DNA from: Amoebidium appalachense
Taxonomy: Eukaryota; Protista; Ichthyosporea
Assembly (NCBI GenBank): GCA_963693365.1
Contig: CAVNZM010000002.1
Location: forward strand, 5,906,259-5,970,258
Reading direction: 5' to 3'
DNA: 64,000 nt
Shown: positions 14,128 through 28,800 of the stretch, one piece after another
How the letters are laid out: every line of letters starts with the position of its first letter
Position numbering within the stretch: the stretch's first letter is position 1
Program-made: the position numbers and the translations under genes
The notes under the pieces: model-generated
What the model saw: only the letters and a program-made list of their open reading frames with translations
What the model was told of the DNA's origin: nothing
Databases searched by the model: none

Positions 14128-14952
14128 CACACACACACACACACACGTACACAACCACACACAACCCCACCCCAACCCCAAACCCACCCCCGCCCCCACC
14201 CCCCACCCGCCCACCCGCCCACCGCCCACCCGCCCACCCACCCACACACACACACACACGTACCACCATCCTCCTCGTCCTCGTGCATGGCGGGTTCAAA
14301 GCGGGGGGAGAGGAATGCAATGAACAGGTTGAGCAGGTAGATGGCCAGCGCATACGTCACAATGAACCAGCCTGCAAGTGAGATCGAGAGAGAGGGGGAG
14401 GGCAGCAGGGGGCGGAGGGGGGGGGGGGGGGGGTCAGAATCTGCCTGCCTTTGCCATGTGGCTACATGAGTGGGTGGTTGGGTAGGTGGGTGGGCGGGGG
14501 AGAGGGGGGGAGGGGGGGGGGGGGGGGGGGGGGGGTCGTATATAGGCTGGGACACAGGGGCGATATAGGATGTGCAACACGGAACCAAGTACAGCTTTAC
14601 GATGACAAACATTGTGCAGGACACATCAAAAGCACACGTAAGGACACAACATCCGCAACCGTAGTCAAGCAAAACCGAGGGCGAGAAGTAGCCGTGGAGG
14701 GGGGGGGGAGGGGGCGGCTACAGGTTCAGTCTGTGGAAAGGCCAGAAAGGGAGGCGAGTTACAGGCAGAATATGGGGCAAACAGAGGAAGGGTGAGGGGG
14801 GCGAGGGGGAGGGGGATCGAGAAAAGCCAAGTTGCTTACCCCCCCCCACCCCCCCCCCCCCCCCAACCCCCTCTCCACTATGCGAGGTGCACACTCCTTC
14901 CCCCCAGCCTTTCCGATTCCATGTTCTACATTGTGATGCCCATTCTCAGGGT

Positions 14953-14983
<31 letters not shown>

Positions 14984-16060
14984 TGAATGCGGAACACAGT
15001 ACGAAGTACGCATACACGATGAGAAGCATGGTGCAGGACACATGCAAAGGCAAACATTCAAGTATGCAGCATCAGCCATGCGCACAGTATGCGTCATAAG
15101 CAGAGCCCATCCTCAGGGAGGGCCCAAGTCATCAATTGCGTCTGAGTTTCGACCCCTTAGCCCGCGTATATACGACGCTCCAACTCAGACAGCAGCATCA
15201 ACTGAACTTGGGTGGGTCAACCCGTCTTGATCAAAGACGAGCAGGGTTGCTTATGCAAGCAAGGTGAGCAAAACGGTGAAGATGTATGTGCAAAGGGGGC
15301 AAGTCAAACGTGAAAGCAGTTGGGAGTGTGGGTGGGTGGGTGGGTGCGTGTGTTGGATAGTGGGTGGGTGGGTGGGTAGGTGGGTGGGTAGGTGGGTGGG
15401 TGGGTGGGCATGTGGGTGGGTGGACGAGAAAAAAATGCCTCACAGGAAGTGCCTAGCTTGCCGTGTCAAACGAGAGGATGTGTATGGACAGGTGTGTCTG
15501 TAGGTGCATCCGTATGTGCATGGGCGTGCACTGACATGTGTAACCGTGCAGATGCGTGCATGTGTGTGTTTTTATGCCCACGCGTGCCTGTGCCCACGTG
15601 CACGTACGTATGTGCAGGCATGCCTGTGTGGCTGTGCGTGTGCCTACCTTGCAGCCAGAATATGCGCAAGCCAAAGAGCACCAGCAAGCCCAGGGTGGAT
15701 GCCCATCGTGCCCCCACGTGCGGCACTGCATCGTCCAGAAACTTCCGGTAGCGCTGCAGAAACACACAGCAGTCAGCAAGAGACAATGCACCCAATATAC
15801 CACCAACGCAACCACTTGAAACGTTTCCATCACACGAAGCAGAGCCAACCCCCCCCCTACCCCCTCCCCCCCCCCCTCCCCTTCCTCCATTCCCCCGCCC
15901 CCTCCTGCTCTACCCGGGGGGACCAGCGTCATCATGCACATAGGCATAAGAGTACACAAGGATGCAGCCATAACTCATGCAACATGCTGGGGCATTGCAC
16001 GCAGGTACAGAGACGTACGAGCGCGCCCACACAGCGACGTGCGAGCGCGCCCATACCCAC

Positions 16061-16118
<58 letters not shown>

Positions 16119-16600
16119 TGCGGGCACGCGCAGGCTCACTGTTCCTTGAACAAGTGCCCTAGCCTGCCAGACTGCATACCAGGCAGACAGGATACACCAA
16201 ACACCAAAACTACTTCCAGTATGCAGTCACACTTCTGCTCTGCCAGCAACAGCACCTATCACAAAGAATGTCCCCATTACAACCAACCACACGACTGAGC
16301 GAATAAAACAACTCAGGGCGTAGCCTGGATATCATATCATCACACAAGTGCCAAACACCTCAGCTGTGTGGTACCCATTCCCACCCAGCCCAGCTGCCAG
16401 ATGGCTGAGTCATGGCTTGCTAAACGCTCGTCCCCACCTCCACTCGGTTACCAAAACGCAAACTTCTCAAACATCTCCCATCCAAACTTTGTACTCCTCC
16501 TCTTCTCCCCCCCCCCCCCCCCCCTTCGGCCATCCCCACCACCACCGCCACCACCACCACCCACTCCCCCTTCTTTCCACCCCCTCCCCCACCTCCCCCT

Positions 16601-16642
<42 letters not shown>

Positions 16643-16830
16643 GCACCCACCGCCCACGACCACGACTGCCCCAACAGCCCAACAATCGAACCACCCACCC
16701 ACCCCCCTCCCCCTCCTCCTCCCCCCCCCCCCCCCCCCCCCCCCCCTCCCCCGCCTACCCTTTGCATTGCCAGGGCCGTGTTGTTTACTGGTGTCCCCTT
16801 GTCATCCTCAAAACCCAGTGGGGCCTCCAT
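10330..16830 (-). CDS. RER1: Rer1 ER-retrieval receptor, 6 coding exons, 194 aa
   Basis: Exons 16830-16759, 15753-15648, 14371-14264, 13070-12998, 11305-11133 and 10382-10330 are all GT-AG, phase-compatible and total 585 nt. Motifs: [67 protein letters not shown]. Confidence 0.96.
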
Positions 16831-16948
16831 GCTGTGAGTTGACCCTGAAGGCTGTGCTCGTGTCTGTGTGCCTCTGTATGAGCTCCAACCGTCCCAAACG
16901 TATACTCAAGGCTCCGTGTGTGTTGGGCTGAGTGAGACACATACATAG

Positions 16949-16981
<33 letters not shown>

Positions 16982-16991
16982 TGTGTGTACG

Positions 16992-17026
<35 letters not shown>

Positions 17027-17069
17027 CTGTGGTGAGTAGGGGGGGGGGGGGGGGCGACGCGCAAGCATG

Positions 17070-17101
<32 letters not shown>

Positions 17102-17104
17102 TGT

Positions 17105-17184
<80 letters not shown>

Positions 17185-17334
17185 CAGAGGGTAACGTCAT
17201 ACCCAGAGATATGCCAGTGTCAAAGTCCGAGCCTGTATGTTTGTGACACAGAGAAGCCGACCCAAATTCTTGTGTGGGTTGTATGGCAAAAAAAAAGGGG
17301 GCAGATAGGGAGAAAAAAACACATACCTGAAGCA

Positions 17335-17418
<84 letters not shown>

Positions 17419-18622
17419 TGTGTGTGTGGCGTATGGAACTGAGAGGCGTGCGTAAACCTGAATCTCTGCGGGGTGAGCAGAGACGATCCGATGATGTACA
17501 TGAGTGTGTGTGTGTGTGCGTGTGGCAAAGAAAAATAAATCCCCACGTTTTCTCTATATATGTGCGGTAAAGAAAAAAAACTTCGTACCAGATCCCTCTG
17601 TTTTTGTGTGTGTGCGCGCGCGTGTTGTCTGTGTGTGTATGTGTGTGTGTGTGTGTGTGTGTAAACGCTTTCGTGTGTCTGTGTGTGGCTGGGCGGATCA
17701 TTGTGTGTGTGTCCGTGCGCGTGCGCACGCATGCGTCGTGTGTGAGCAGGTGTCTGATTGCGCGTGTTTATGTGTGTTTTTTTGTGCGCGTGTGCGCGTG
17801 CGTTCGTGCATGCCCTTTTGTGCAGCATGATGGACGTATGATTCCAGGTCTGTGTGACATGACATAGTAGGGATATCCAGGTCTGTGCACGTGTGTCAAG
17901 AAGAAGTCATAGAAAGGGGCAGGCACCTGGGTCGCAAAAGAAGTAACCAGCAACTTGAACAACGTGTCTGTGTCGTACGGAAACTCTAAACTCTACCTAA
18001 CCCTGCTAAGGATGCTAGAAAACAAACTATGAAAACTACAAACTCAAGAGGCCACTGTGATGTGTAGCACGTTTTGCTGCAGAGGACGAGGCACAGCGCT
18101 AAACTGAAATTTCAAATATCACGCAGAAGGCACAGTCTGATTGGTTCCCGCCATTTGCACTCCTCTGTTCTATGACAACCAGCACGTACTAAGCTTTTGT
18201 ATTTGTGCTTATGGAAAAATCCGTTCTATAGCTCAACTAAGCTTTATGCTATATTTGACTCAGCATATAGTGTTTTTCTACCGGCTGTATATGTCACTGT
18301 CTATATAATGTGCATATTGGGGAGAATCCAGGTTTGCGCATTTGCCCTACCGACCTCCAGAAATGTCCAATCACATTGGGTTTAGTACCCTGTGACGTCA
18401 GCAATGTGTATATAAAGCAGCTTTTTGGTTCAAACCAGGAGGGAAAGATTTCGAAAAGCCGCTAACCGTTCGTGCACGGTTCCGTGCTTCTGTCGGAGTT
18501 TGCCGGTCTGCAAGCCGGAGCCTCGTAAATACGACGTATATACGTACGCAACTGGGCATTTCAAGGTTTTTGCTTTACACGCGTAATTCTGGGTGGTTGT
18601 GCAAGTGCAAGTACATAGATGG

Positions 18623-19309
18623 ATCCGACCTGTCCCCTCGAGCTCCTCACCTCTCCCCACTTTCCTTCCCTCTCTCTCCCCTTCTCCCCTGGGCACAAAT
18701 ACAAATAAACCCCGCAAAAGTGTGTGTGTGACTATGGACTGCCACTTACTTATTAAACATGTACACAATCACAAGATAATCCTGCAATATAACAAATGGA
18801 AAAAGATACCACACGACATGTACACTAGACCCGTCGATGAAAGCATACACCTTGAAAAACTAAGCCTTATGTATCTTTATATATACTGACCGCCTCAACC
18901 ATATTGCCAAATATGGCACTCGCAAATGTATAACACCTAAATACATATTACCTTCCTGTAGAACTGGTCTTTCTCTAGCTGATGGTATTATTGATCAATT
19001 ACCACGCTTAGTATACTGTACGCGTGCTATACAGTGGAGATCTAATAAGTATAAGGTGGCATCATTTGCATGCCCAAACAACACACACACACACCAGTTT
19101 AACCGGTCATGTATCGCCAAATGTAGTTTGATAGACCACATAATACCGCAACACACACACGTCACATTCACAACAGACACCCAGAAAGATAGCCTACCTA
19201 TAAATTACAACATCCTTGATTTTATACTGAACACGCGTAACTACGACCTGTTAACGTTTATTAGAAGTATTGATTGGCTTGAGAAACACATCACTACAAA
19301 ATTCTAGCG

Positions 19310-19406
<97 letters not shown>

Positions 19407-19437
19407 CCAGCTGATACCGAGTGTCCCAGGGGAGCCC

Positions 19438-19476
<39 letters not shown>

Positions 19477-19665
19477 GGAACCCCAACTAATTGATTTCTC
19501 TTTGTAGTCTTTATGGTGTCTCGTAGAGAAAGTAAACCCTGATATATAGTCATCACCCGACATCTATGTACGTGATCATGATATACCGCTGAGGGGATAT
19601 TCCGAGCAAAAAACCCCCCATACCTGAGACTGGTTTCTCTTTGCCTCGAGTAAACAGCGTAAACC
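18623..19665 (+). mobile_element. 5'-truncated LINE copy (ORF C-terminus plus 3' UTR)
   Basis: Inverted homologue of about 40964-42014, which is contiguous with an RT. Encodes AIQWRSN...CPN...FNRSCIAKC...YNILDFILN, followed by (CA)n, an A-tract and a conserved terminus. Confidence 0.85.
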
Positions 19666-20039
19666 CCATACGGATATCACCTAATTAGCATGCGCAGTGT
19701 GCACGTGTTAATTTATGTATGTGCATGCTGTACTGTGACCCCTGTGGGCTTACAAAAGGCACGTTTCTGTGTGCGAGCTCTGTGTGTGTGTGCGTAGCGC
19801 GTGCTTTTGGGAAGTTAAGGCAAATATACTTAAAAATATATATGGTTCAAGGGGACGAGTTCTTGGAGGGCCTCGCGCGCGATCGAGTGTGGTAACGTTG
19901 ACGTGATATGGTGTGTTTTTCTTTTCAGAGTCTTTCTTTCTTTCTTTCTTTCCGGGAGGAAGGGGAAGGGGGGGGGGGGGGGGGGGGGGGGAAGGGAGGG
20001 AGGGAGGGGGGGGAGCTCGAGGAGGAGGGCGGGGGGGTG

Positions 20040-20520
20040 GTCAGTGATCAGAGAGGTCTTCTGCGGGCTAATTATTTTTATGGTCGGTGGATGGCTGGAA
20101 AGTGATCTGGCCGATCAGTCCTCTGGCTACTGAAGGAAACATGGAATATTAATATTCCCCTCCCTAACTTGATATTGCTTGCCGAACTCAGCCCGGCCCT
20201 AAATGGGTCTTTCGGAATCGTTTAGGACTTAGGGCCACAATCAATGCGCAAGCAAAAAAGTGCCTGGGATCTAGTCTCCAAGGCTATGTACCTCCCAGCT
20301 TACGTAAGTGGCTCGGCACCACTACGCCGTGGGACTGCGGCAACATACAAGGTATGTTGAGCTGGGCCGCAGGGAGACAGCACTCAAAGTGACTACCTGG
20401 GATCTAACATTTACCTAGGCACATGGGTTGTGTGTTAACTACTTATCCCAATAAGATTTTGTCCATTCTTACTCTCTCGGTCACTCTCCCACGTGACGGT
20501 ATTTGCACCATCATGGTCAT
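20040..20520 (+). mobile_element. Possible highly decayed LINE C-terminal remnant
   Basis: One frame reads LQGYVPPSLR...MLSW, loosely like TPKYILPSCR...AIQWR in the LINE at 18.9 kb. Stops and frameshifts are present. Weak evidence. Confidence 0.25.
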
Positions 20521-20829
20521 CATGATCGCCATAGCCTATTAAACTCGGAATTATGAATTGGAAATTTTGTATTCATTTGTGTGTGTGTGTGCTCTGGTCG
20601 GACTTGATGCATCGCCTTATTTCGTTTTATTGTCAAATTTAAATGGCATGGTCCCCTCACCCCCTTTTCCCCACCCCCTTGCCCCTTTTCCCCTGTGCTC
20701 TCTCCCACTGCAGCTGGCTTAAAAACCACGACAGCTCAGCGAATTTTTTCTTGATACTTGCGACTGGGGGGGGGGGGGGGGGGGGGAGAAAGGGGTGGAG
20801 GGGGGAGGGAGAGCGAGAGGGTGGGGAGG

Positions 20830-20905
<76 letters not shown>

Positions 20906-21134
20906 GTGTGCATTTCTTTTTTTTATTTTTTTTTTATCCCGTTTTGTTCCCGGAGGTACCCCTAGGGGCCATCAGGGGGAACTACCGTCTTCCACCCAGC
21001 ACCGACAGTACTCTAGCTAGGGTGTTACGAGGCTATTAGCTAAAACTAACACACCTATAACAGTCCTAACTATATGCACACACTTTGCTCAGGGTATCAA
21101 CCCCAGCCACGCCGGTGGGTAGTGTGTGTGTGTA

Positions 21135-21210
<76 letters not shown>

Positions 21211-21220
21211 GAGTGTGTGT

Positions 21221-21287
<67 letters not shown>

Positions 21288-22405
21288 CGTCTGTGTGTGT
21301 GTGTGTGTGGTGGAGCTGGTGGGGGGGTGGGGGGGGGGTGGGGGGGGGATTCGGTGGAGTCGTCATTAACTCACTGTCACGGTGCGGATTTAAGTGCGCC
21401 TATTTAGTTGTTGGTTGTTGAAGGAATTGCTCTCAGGATACTGCCTAGCATCACGCTACTGCAAGTAGCACTATTTCGTAACTTGTTATTAATATTAGGG
21501 CTGAAAAACATCGGCCCGGTATTCCGGAAGACGAAACCGTAAAGAATATACGGTAGTCCCTGAGTTCAGTGTACTTATTCTTTTTGTGGGTGTGTGTGCC
21601 GCAGTGCGTATGGGCATGTAATTTGTGAGTTGGTGTGCGGGGGGGGGGGGGGGGGAGGGGGGGGAGGGGGTGGAGGCGGGGGGGGGGGGGGGGGGGGAGG
21701 GGGGGGGGGGAGGGAAAAGAGGGGCGGAAGGGGGGGGGGGGGGGGGGAAGTCTTGCTCAGGGTCGAAAATACTGTTCACCATTATCTACTTTCGGGCACC
21801 TGGCCACCTCTGCACAAGCACTTGGTGTGGCCGGCTCACATCGGCCGTGTACACATGGTTTAAAAAAATAATACTGGCAGTTATAATGCTGAAACACAAG
21901 GCGTGTGTAATGATCATTGCACAATGTGCCTTTTGAAGCGAATGCTGCGAACAGAAAATAAGAGATGAAACACGCTGCAGTGCACACACGACACACATCG
22001 CCTTTCCATCCCCACAACACATGAGACGTTGCATATGTAGATTATGTAAATTTCTTCCTTTTGGTACACATCGAATTGTTGCCTTGCATATCTGCGCAAT
22101 GCACAAAAATGTTGCATCTGTCGTGCACTGCCTCTTGCTACCTTCACAATATACGTGATATTTGCATTTGCGTCTCCCTCCTATATTAAACCTCCATCTG
22201 CATCGCTCCCCGTATCACCCCGAGCACAAATTATATATTGCACATATCTGCATAATATTGCATATCTATCCCACAACGCATAGCCGATGACGTAATATAT
22301 CCCCCTCTATCCCACTGCACACCCCAAATACCGCATATCTCATATCATCCGCACACCATACATCCAAAAAAAAAAAAAGAAAAAAAAAAGGATGTATCGA
22401 CCCCG

Positions 22406-24126
22406 TTACCCCACGGTGGGTGTGGCCTCCCCTTTCTGCCTAGCCGTGGGGGGCGCAGCCACGTGGCTGTCACCCACCGGCACATTCTGGGCCCTTCGTT
22501 TGTAACGCACCCACATGGTCAAAGCAGCGCCCAGCAGCACCAGCACAGCCACCCACGTGTAGTAGAGGGGGGGCAAAGGATTTGCTGCACTGGCCACGTG
22601 CAGACCCACCCCTACATTGGCCAGGGCTAGAAGGGCCACCACCCAGCCGTTGCCCTTGTGTGCATACTCCCATGCGAGCCGCAGTGTCTGTGTGGGTGTG
22701 GTCGTATAAGTGGTTGGGGATGATTAGTAATTGCAGCAGGCACAACTCCTTTCCGAATGCTACCGAACCTTTCTGCTTTTGTGCTGGGGTCAAAGATTGC
22801 GGTGTTCTTTGGGCCATATCTAGTACATCGACATGGTTTGTGTTGGGAAGGAAGGGTTGGGGGGGGGGGGGGGGGGGAGGGGATGTGGTTGTCTTCTGCC
22901 TTTACAAGGAGAGAGGGACGGCGGGGGGGGGGGGGGGGGGGGGGGGGAGTAGCGAGAGGAGGCGGGGAGGTCGGCGGGGCGGGGGGGGGTTTGCTGCAAC
23001 TCACCGACTTGGTGCCATTGGGCTCCAATGGCCTGGGCCTGACGATGGATATGACGGGCTGTACATAGAGCAGCGCCATCACAAGCACACCAATCACCTG
23101 CATGACAATAAACCAATCAGATCACCAGAGACGGGGGGGAGGAGGGGAGGGGGAGGGGGGAGAGGGGAGGGGGGGGGGGGGGGGATGAAGTTGCCTTGCG
23201 ATCCGTGTTGTGGCCAGGGAAGAGAGGCGGAGCTGAGGGCAGAATTGGTGGGATCGAAAGAAAGTTTAACTTTTTTTTATTTTTTTATATTTTATTTTGT
23301 TTTTGCGCGCGCAGGGGGCGGGGTTTGGGGGGGAATATAATATGGATGTACCTGATGGGGCTCGGGCTCGAAACTGGTTGTCATCTGGGTGGCCACTATC
23401 AGCCCGGCAGTGGCAAGCACAAGTGTACACACCTGCCATATATGGTAGGTGGTTAGTGTTGTTTATGGCAGGTGGCCGATGCCATATAGTATTAGGTGGT
23501 AAGGGGTGTACATGGTAGGTGATCTATACCATATATGGAAGGTGGCCACCGTAGTGCTACATACGGGAAAATTTTGAAGAGCAATATCTTGTAGATGCCA
23601 TATTTACAGAATATAAGGCATAGCATGCACCAGACACAAGATATGGAAAGTGGTGGTTTTTATACACATGTTGGCCATCTACGTGCACTGGGGCATAAAA
23701 TGAGAAGTCGGTTGCATGAATGTTTACATTCTTTGGCCCGTACTAGCAGGAGGACCTATGCAATCCATATTTGTCAACAACGCATGCCATATATGGCAAG
23801 AGATTATGTGTGGTTCACTTTGGTAACAATGCATGCCAATTAGCCAAGAAAGTGCATGTGGCCCACTTTGACAAGAATGTCTGCAATATATGGCAAGAAA
23901 ATGCACGCATCGTCAACAGTATACCCAATCTGATTGGATGTGGGTTAGGGAGGAGCAAATCAGGGGCTGGGGGTCACCTGGAGTATCCAGTGGGCATGGA
24001 ACCAGAACAAAGGCACGGAGGTGCCCGTGCTGAGCGGCTGTATGTGTGTGTGTGTGTTGTGGGGGGGGGGGGGGGGGGGGGGGGGGGGTATGTATGTGTG
24101 TGTGTGTTTGGGGGGGGGGTATGTAT

Positions 24127-24157
<31 letters not shown>

Positions 24158-25085
24158 GGGGGGGGGGAGGCATGAGGGGGTGGGGGGGAGTAGGGTATGT
24201 GTGTGTGTGTGTGTGTTGGGGACGGGGGGTGGGGGGGGAGGGGGGAGTAGTTTGTGTTCGTGTGGTTGTGGATGTGGGTTTGGTTGCGTGTGTGCGTGTG
24301 TGTGTGTGGGTGGGTGGGTGGGTGTGGGTGGGTGGGTGGGTGGGTGTGTAGGCATGTGGGTGTGGGTGAGTGGGTGTGTAGGTGTGTGGGTGTGGGTGTG
24401 GGGATGTGAGGGTGTGGGGATGCAGGTTTTGGTGTTTCTGTTGGTGTGTGTGTGCGTGCGTGCGTGCGTGCGTGGGGGTGGGTGTGGCCGTGGCCGTGGC
24501 CCGGGGATATGTTTGTATGCGTAAGAGGAGGGGAGGGGAGAGTATGGGTGTGTGTGCATGTGGGGGATGCAGGTGTGGGTAGTGGTAGGGGTATATTTGT
24601 GTGCGTTACAGGGGAGGGGGATTTGATTGTGAAAGTGAGTACATGTCTGTGCATGTGGTGTGTGCGCGCATGTGTGTGCTTTGGTGTGTGCATGTGCTTG
24701 TGTGTGCACGTCCGTGTCCGTGTGTGTGCTTGGGGGTGCTTGTGTGTGCACGTGTGTGGGTGTTAGGGGAAAAGTGTTTGTTTTGGGGGATCGTGTATGT
24801 GCATGGCCCTGTGTGTTGGCAAGTGACTGAGTACTGTGCGCTAGGTTTAGTCCCACACGGGCCTTACATGCCCGTTTGTAAGCGTAAGTGACCATGTGGG
24901 AAAGAGCATGGGAGGTCAGTCCGTGCTTGTGATTGCTTGTGTACATCCTTGCAGCATGCGCGGTTGTAGTATTTTAGCAGGCTCTCTGTCACGGTGTCGT
25001 TACCATTTTTTTTTTCTTTTTTCTTTTTTTTTCTTTTTCTTTTTCTTTTTTCTTTTTTTCTTTTTTTTTTGTGTGTGTGTGTGGT

Positions 25086-25116
<31 letters not shown>

Positions 25117-25643
25117 GGGCTGTCAGCACCAACCTTTCCAAATCTAGCAGTTAATATGGCCAGTGGTGCAGTCAGCAGCCAGGCCGTGGCCATGAGGGCA
25201 CCGTGTGCCGTGATCTGTTTGGTGCGATCGGCCAGTGTGGATGTGGCGCTGCATGCTGATTGGTCCACGGTCACGGCAAACCGGTTGCTGCCGTGTGGCC
25301 CGAATGTAGGGCTGCTGCCAAAGGCATAGACCACATGGAGGGGGGCAGTGGCCTGGAGGGAGAGAGGGTCAAACGGGGAGATGTTGTGTGCACCAGCAGC
25401 CTGCTAGTTCAACCAAGTGGCAGATACGGGATTATAGTGGTGGTGGTGGTGGTTGCGTGTGTGTGTGTGTGGTGGTGGTGGTGGTGGGGGGGGGGGGGGG
25501 GGGGGGGGGGGAGGGGGGGGGAGGTTCAGGTGTACTGCTAGAAGGTGCAGGGGCGTAAAAAGGGTGCATGCAGCTGTTGGGACGAAAAATTGTGGCGCCG
25601 GTGGCACCGTACCAAGGCGGGGTGGGTGGGTGTGTGTGGGGGG

Positions 25644-25681
<38 letters not shown>

Positions 25682-25822
25682 GTCAGCAACGAACGAGTTA
25701 CTACCAGTGAAGACGCTTGTTACTGATCCAGGAAGGGGGGCGGGGGGCGATGCGCTTAGACGAATATTTGCACAAGTGTGAGACTACATTGAAAGAGGGA
25801 AGAGAAGGAGGGGGGAAAGGAA

Positions 25823-25855
<33 letters not shown>

Positions 25856-28800
25856 CTGGAGGGAGGGTGGGAGGGTATACATTGATGCGTGCAGCAACGT
25901 CGGGGGTGATGGTGCGGTTGAACTCGAGCATGGATTGGCCATTGGTCACGTGATAGCGCCCAGTCAGCGGCGGGTTGTTTGCCTGATTTGGAAACTAGCC
26001 GTAAGTAGCCATTGGGTGGCATTTACCATCATGAATCACCCTCTGTTTAAAACACTGAAACTACTAATTGTTTTCGGGCCACAGGCCGTGGGTTGCGGGT
26101 CATGCGTGGAACGAATTCTTTAACTGGGCATGCAGGCACGAGAAGGAAGGAAGAGAATGGGTGTGGTGGGTGGTGGGTAGGGCTTGGATGGGACTGGGTG
26201 GGACAGCCCTAAACATAGTTATCATAAGTTCTCAGGGAGCATTACAGCGAGAAAGCCCCACACGGCATAGAGGGGGGAGGAGGAAGCTGGGGGAGGAGGG
26301 GGCGGAGTGGGGGGCGGAGTGGGGGGGGGGGGGGGGGTTAGGGCAGGCATAGGGCTATAAAGTAAACGGATCTAACCATATGGTGAAGGAGGTGGGGTGG
26401 GCGGTTGTGCCAACCTTGCCGTGTGTGTGCATGGCTAATGCACTGCATGACCTGCGAGATCAAAGCCGAGGGGAAGGGGGAGGGGGGGGGGGGGGGGGGG
26501 GAGGGAGGGGGAGGGGGGGGGGGGGGGGGGGGGCAGGTTAAGAGGATGGGAAAGGAAATGACGATTGCAACTTGTTGCTTACTGAGTGTGTAGAGGTGTG
26601 GTGGGGGCAGGGAGAGGGCAGGGGAGATGGGGGGGTGGCTGGGGGGGGGGGGGGGTTGGAGGGGATAGGGTTGCTGGACCTGGCTACCGCTGTGTGGATC
26701 AGTTGCACCCAGCACATACTCTTGCAGGGTTGATTGGTCTGCTGTCTGGCCAATAAAGGCTATGGATCCAGCCATGCTACTGGGTCGGTCTGAAAGGCCA
26801 AATGCCAGCCTGTGCGGGGGGCGGGGGGAGGTGGGGGGGGGGAGGGGGGAGGGGGGGGGGGGGGGGCGGAGAAGGGGGGGGAGGGGGGCGAGGGAGGGGA
26901 GAGGGCTGGAGGGAGGGGCAAGATGGGGTTAAGGGGGGTATGGGGGAGGCAGCATGGGTGGATGAGAGTGGACGAGGGGAGGGGGAAGGGATGGATCGGT
27001 TGACTGGACCCGCGTATTGTTGAGGAATGCGAGGAATGAGATGAAATAGAGAGACAGAGAGAATGTGTGTGAAGGGTTTTTTTTTTTGAGAGGGGTAGGG
27101 GGGGGGGGGAGGGGCTGAAGTGAATTGAAAACTACTCCCTGCTGCAACTGCTCTTTCCTTTTCCCTCTCTCTCTCTCTCTTTTTTTTGTGTGTGTGGGGG
27201 GGGCAGAGGGGGGGAGGGGAAGGGGACAGAGATTACAAGAAGGATACCGGCATTAGTGTTGTTGTTCAACCGCAGTCTGGGCTGAAGGGGTAGGAGAGAT
27301 GCCATAGGTGGGGAAAGACAGCGGTGCGCTGCCAGGAGGGAACGGATTGGATGGGGGGAGGGGGGAAAGGGGGGACGTATGATATGGGGGAGGGGGGAAG
27401 GGGGGGGGGGGGTGGGGGGAAGAGAGAGGGTTCTGCTTACCATCCAGCCTCCTTGCCGAATGTGGCCCTGCCAGAGAGCACGTCCTCCCTAACGGACCAA
27501 TCAAAGCGCATGGAATTGTCCACGGCCACGGACCTCTCATACCCGTCCACCCCACTGCACGTGCCCTTACTGCCAGCGCTGGCTCCAGGTGTGCCCGTGG
27601 AGGGGGCTGGGGCTGGGGCAGGTGTGGGGCCTGGTATGGGGGCTGTAGAGGGGGGGGGGGGGGGGGGAGGGCGGGGGGGGGGGGAGGGGAGGGGGGGGGG
27701 GGCAAGCAGGAGGAAGAGGGGGCGTAGAGGGGCGGAGTGGGGGGGGGGGGGGGGTAAGAAAACGATGTGTTGGGAAAGATCGAGTGCGGCAGGTGGTGAC
27801 ACGGGGAGAGGAGGAGATGGGGAAGGGGGGCACAAGCAAATGGCAAGGGGAAGGGGCAAAGGAAGGGAGACATGGAGGAAAGGGAGAGGAGGGGAGAGTG
27901 GAGGGGGAGGGGGATTGCAGGCACAGTGGTTGAAAGTTCGGAACTCACCACCTATCTGGTCTTATTAAGAAACATTTCTATTTTCGTCCCCTCTACCCCC
28001 CTCTACTTCCCTCCCCCCCTCTCCCCTCCCCCCCTCCCCAAAGAAGAAGTATAGGCACACATACACAGGCATGCACACATCGACGGAGGCACATGAACAG
28101 CACACAAGCACACATACACACACACATGCACACACTCACACACACCGCAAACTACAAGTACAACACGCATACACAGGCCCACACACACGCGAAGACACAC
28201 GGGGACCCACACACACGAGCTCACACGTGCACACGCGCGCGCATGCACACACACACGAGAAGGGGGGAGGAGGAGGAGAGGGGGATAGAGAGAGTAGAAG
28301 AGGATAGAGAGAGGGGGAGGGAGAGAGAGAGGAAGAGAACGACAGAGAGGGAGAGGGAGGGAGGGAGGGAGAGATAACACACACCCTTTGTCGGCTGCGA
28401 TGGGGCCACCAATCTGCATGCGGCCATGTCCACGGTTCCTGACCCCCGATTGGTCCCGTGGAAGCCCATCTGATTGGTTGGTCCCATGGCCCAAATCACG
28501 TGTGTGCTGCCGTTAAGCTGAAGGGGGCAGAAAAGTTACACCTCCACCCATTTCCCTCCCCCTCTCCCCGACCCCTGTGTCTTCCCTCTGCCTCCGACCA
28601 TCCGACCATCTCACACAAACCTTCATTACCCCACACCCGCCCACACACACAAAAAAAGAATAAAATAAAAATAAAATACTAAAAAAAGTAAAATAGAAAT
28701 AAACTCTAAAAACCAAAATGATGGCAGATAGGAAATGTGACTGGGGCAAATGAGAACACTTACGTTCAAGGTGGCAGGCAGGGCACTCTGTGGCAGGCGC

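Noticed and set aside
19405-19665. Hammerhead/HDV ribozyme or U5 snRNA in the LINE 3' UTR
   Set aside because: No CUGAUGA...GAAA core, no convincing HDV double pseudoknot by eye, and no U5 loop I (GCCTTTTAC).
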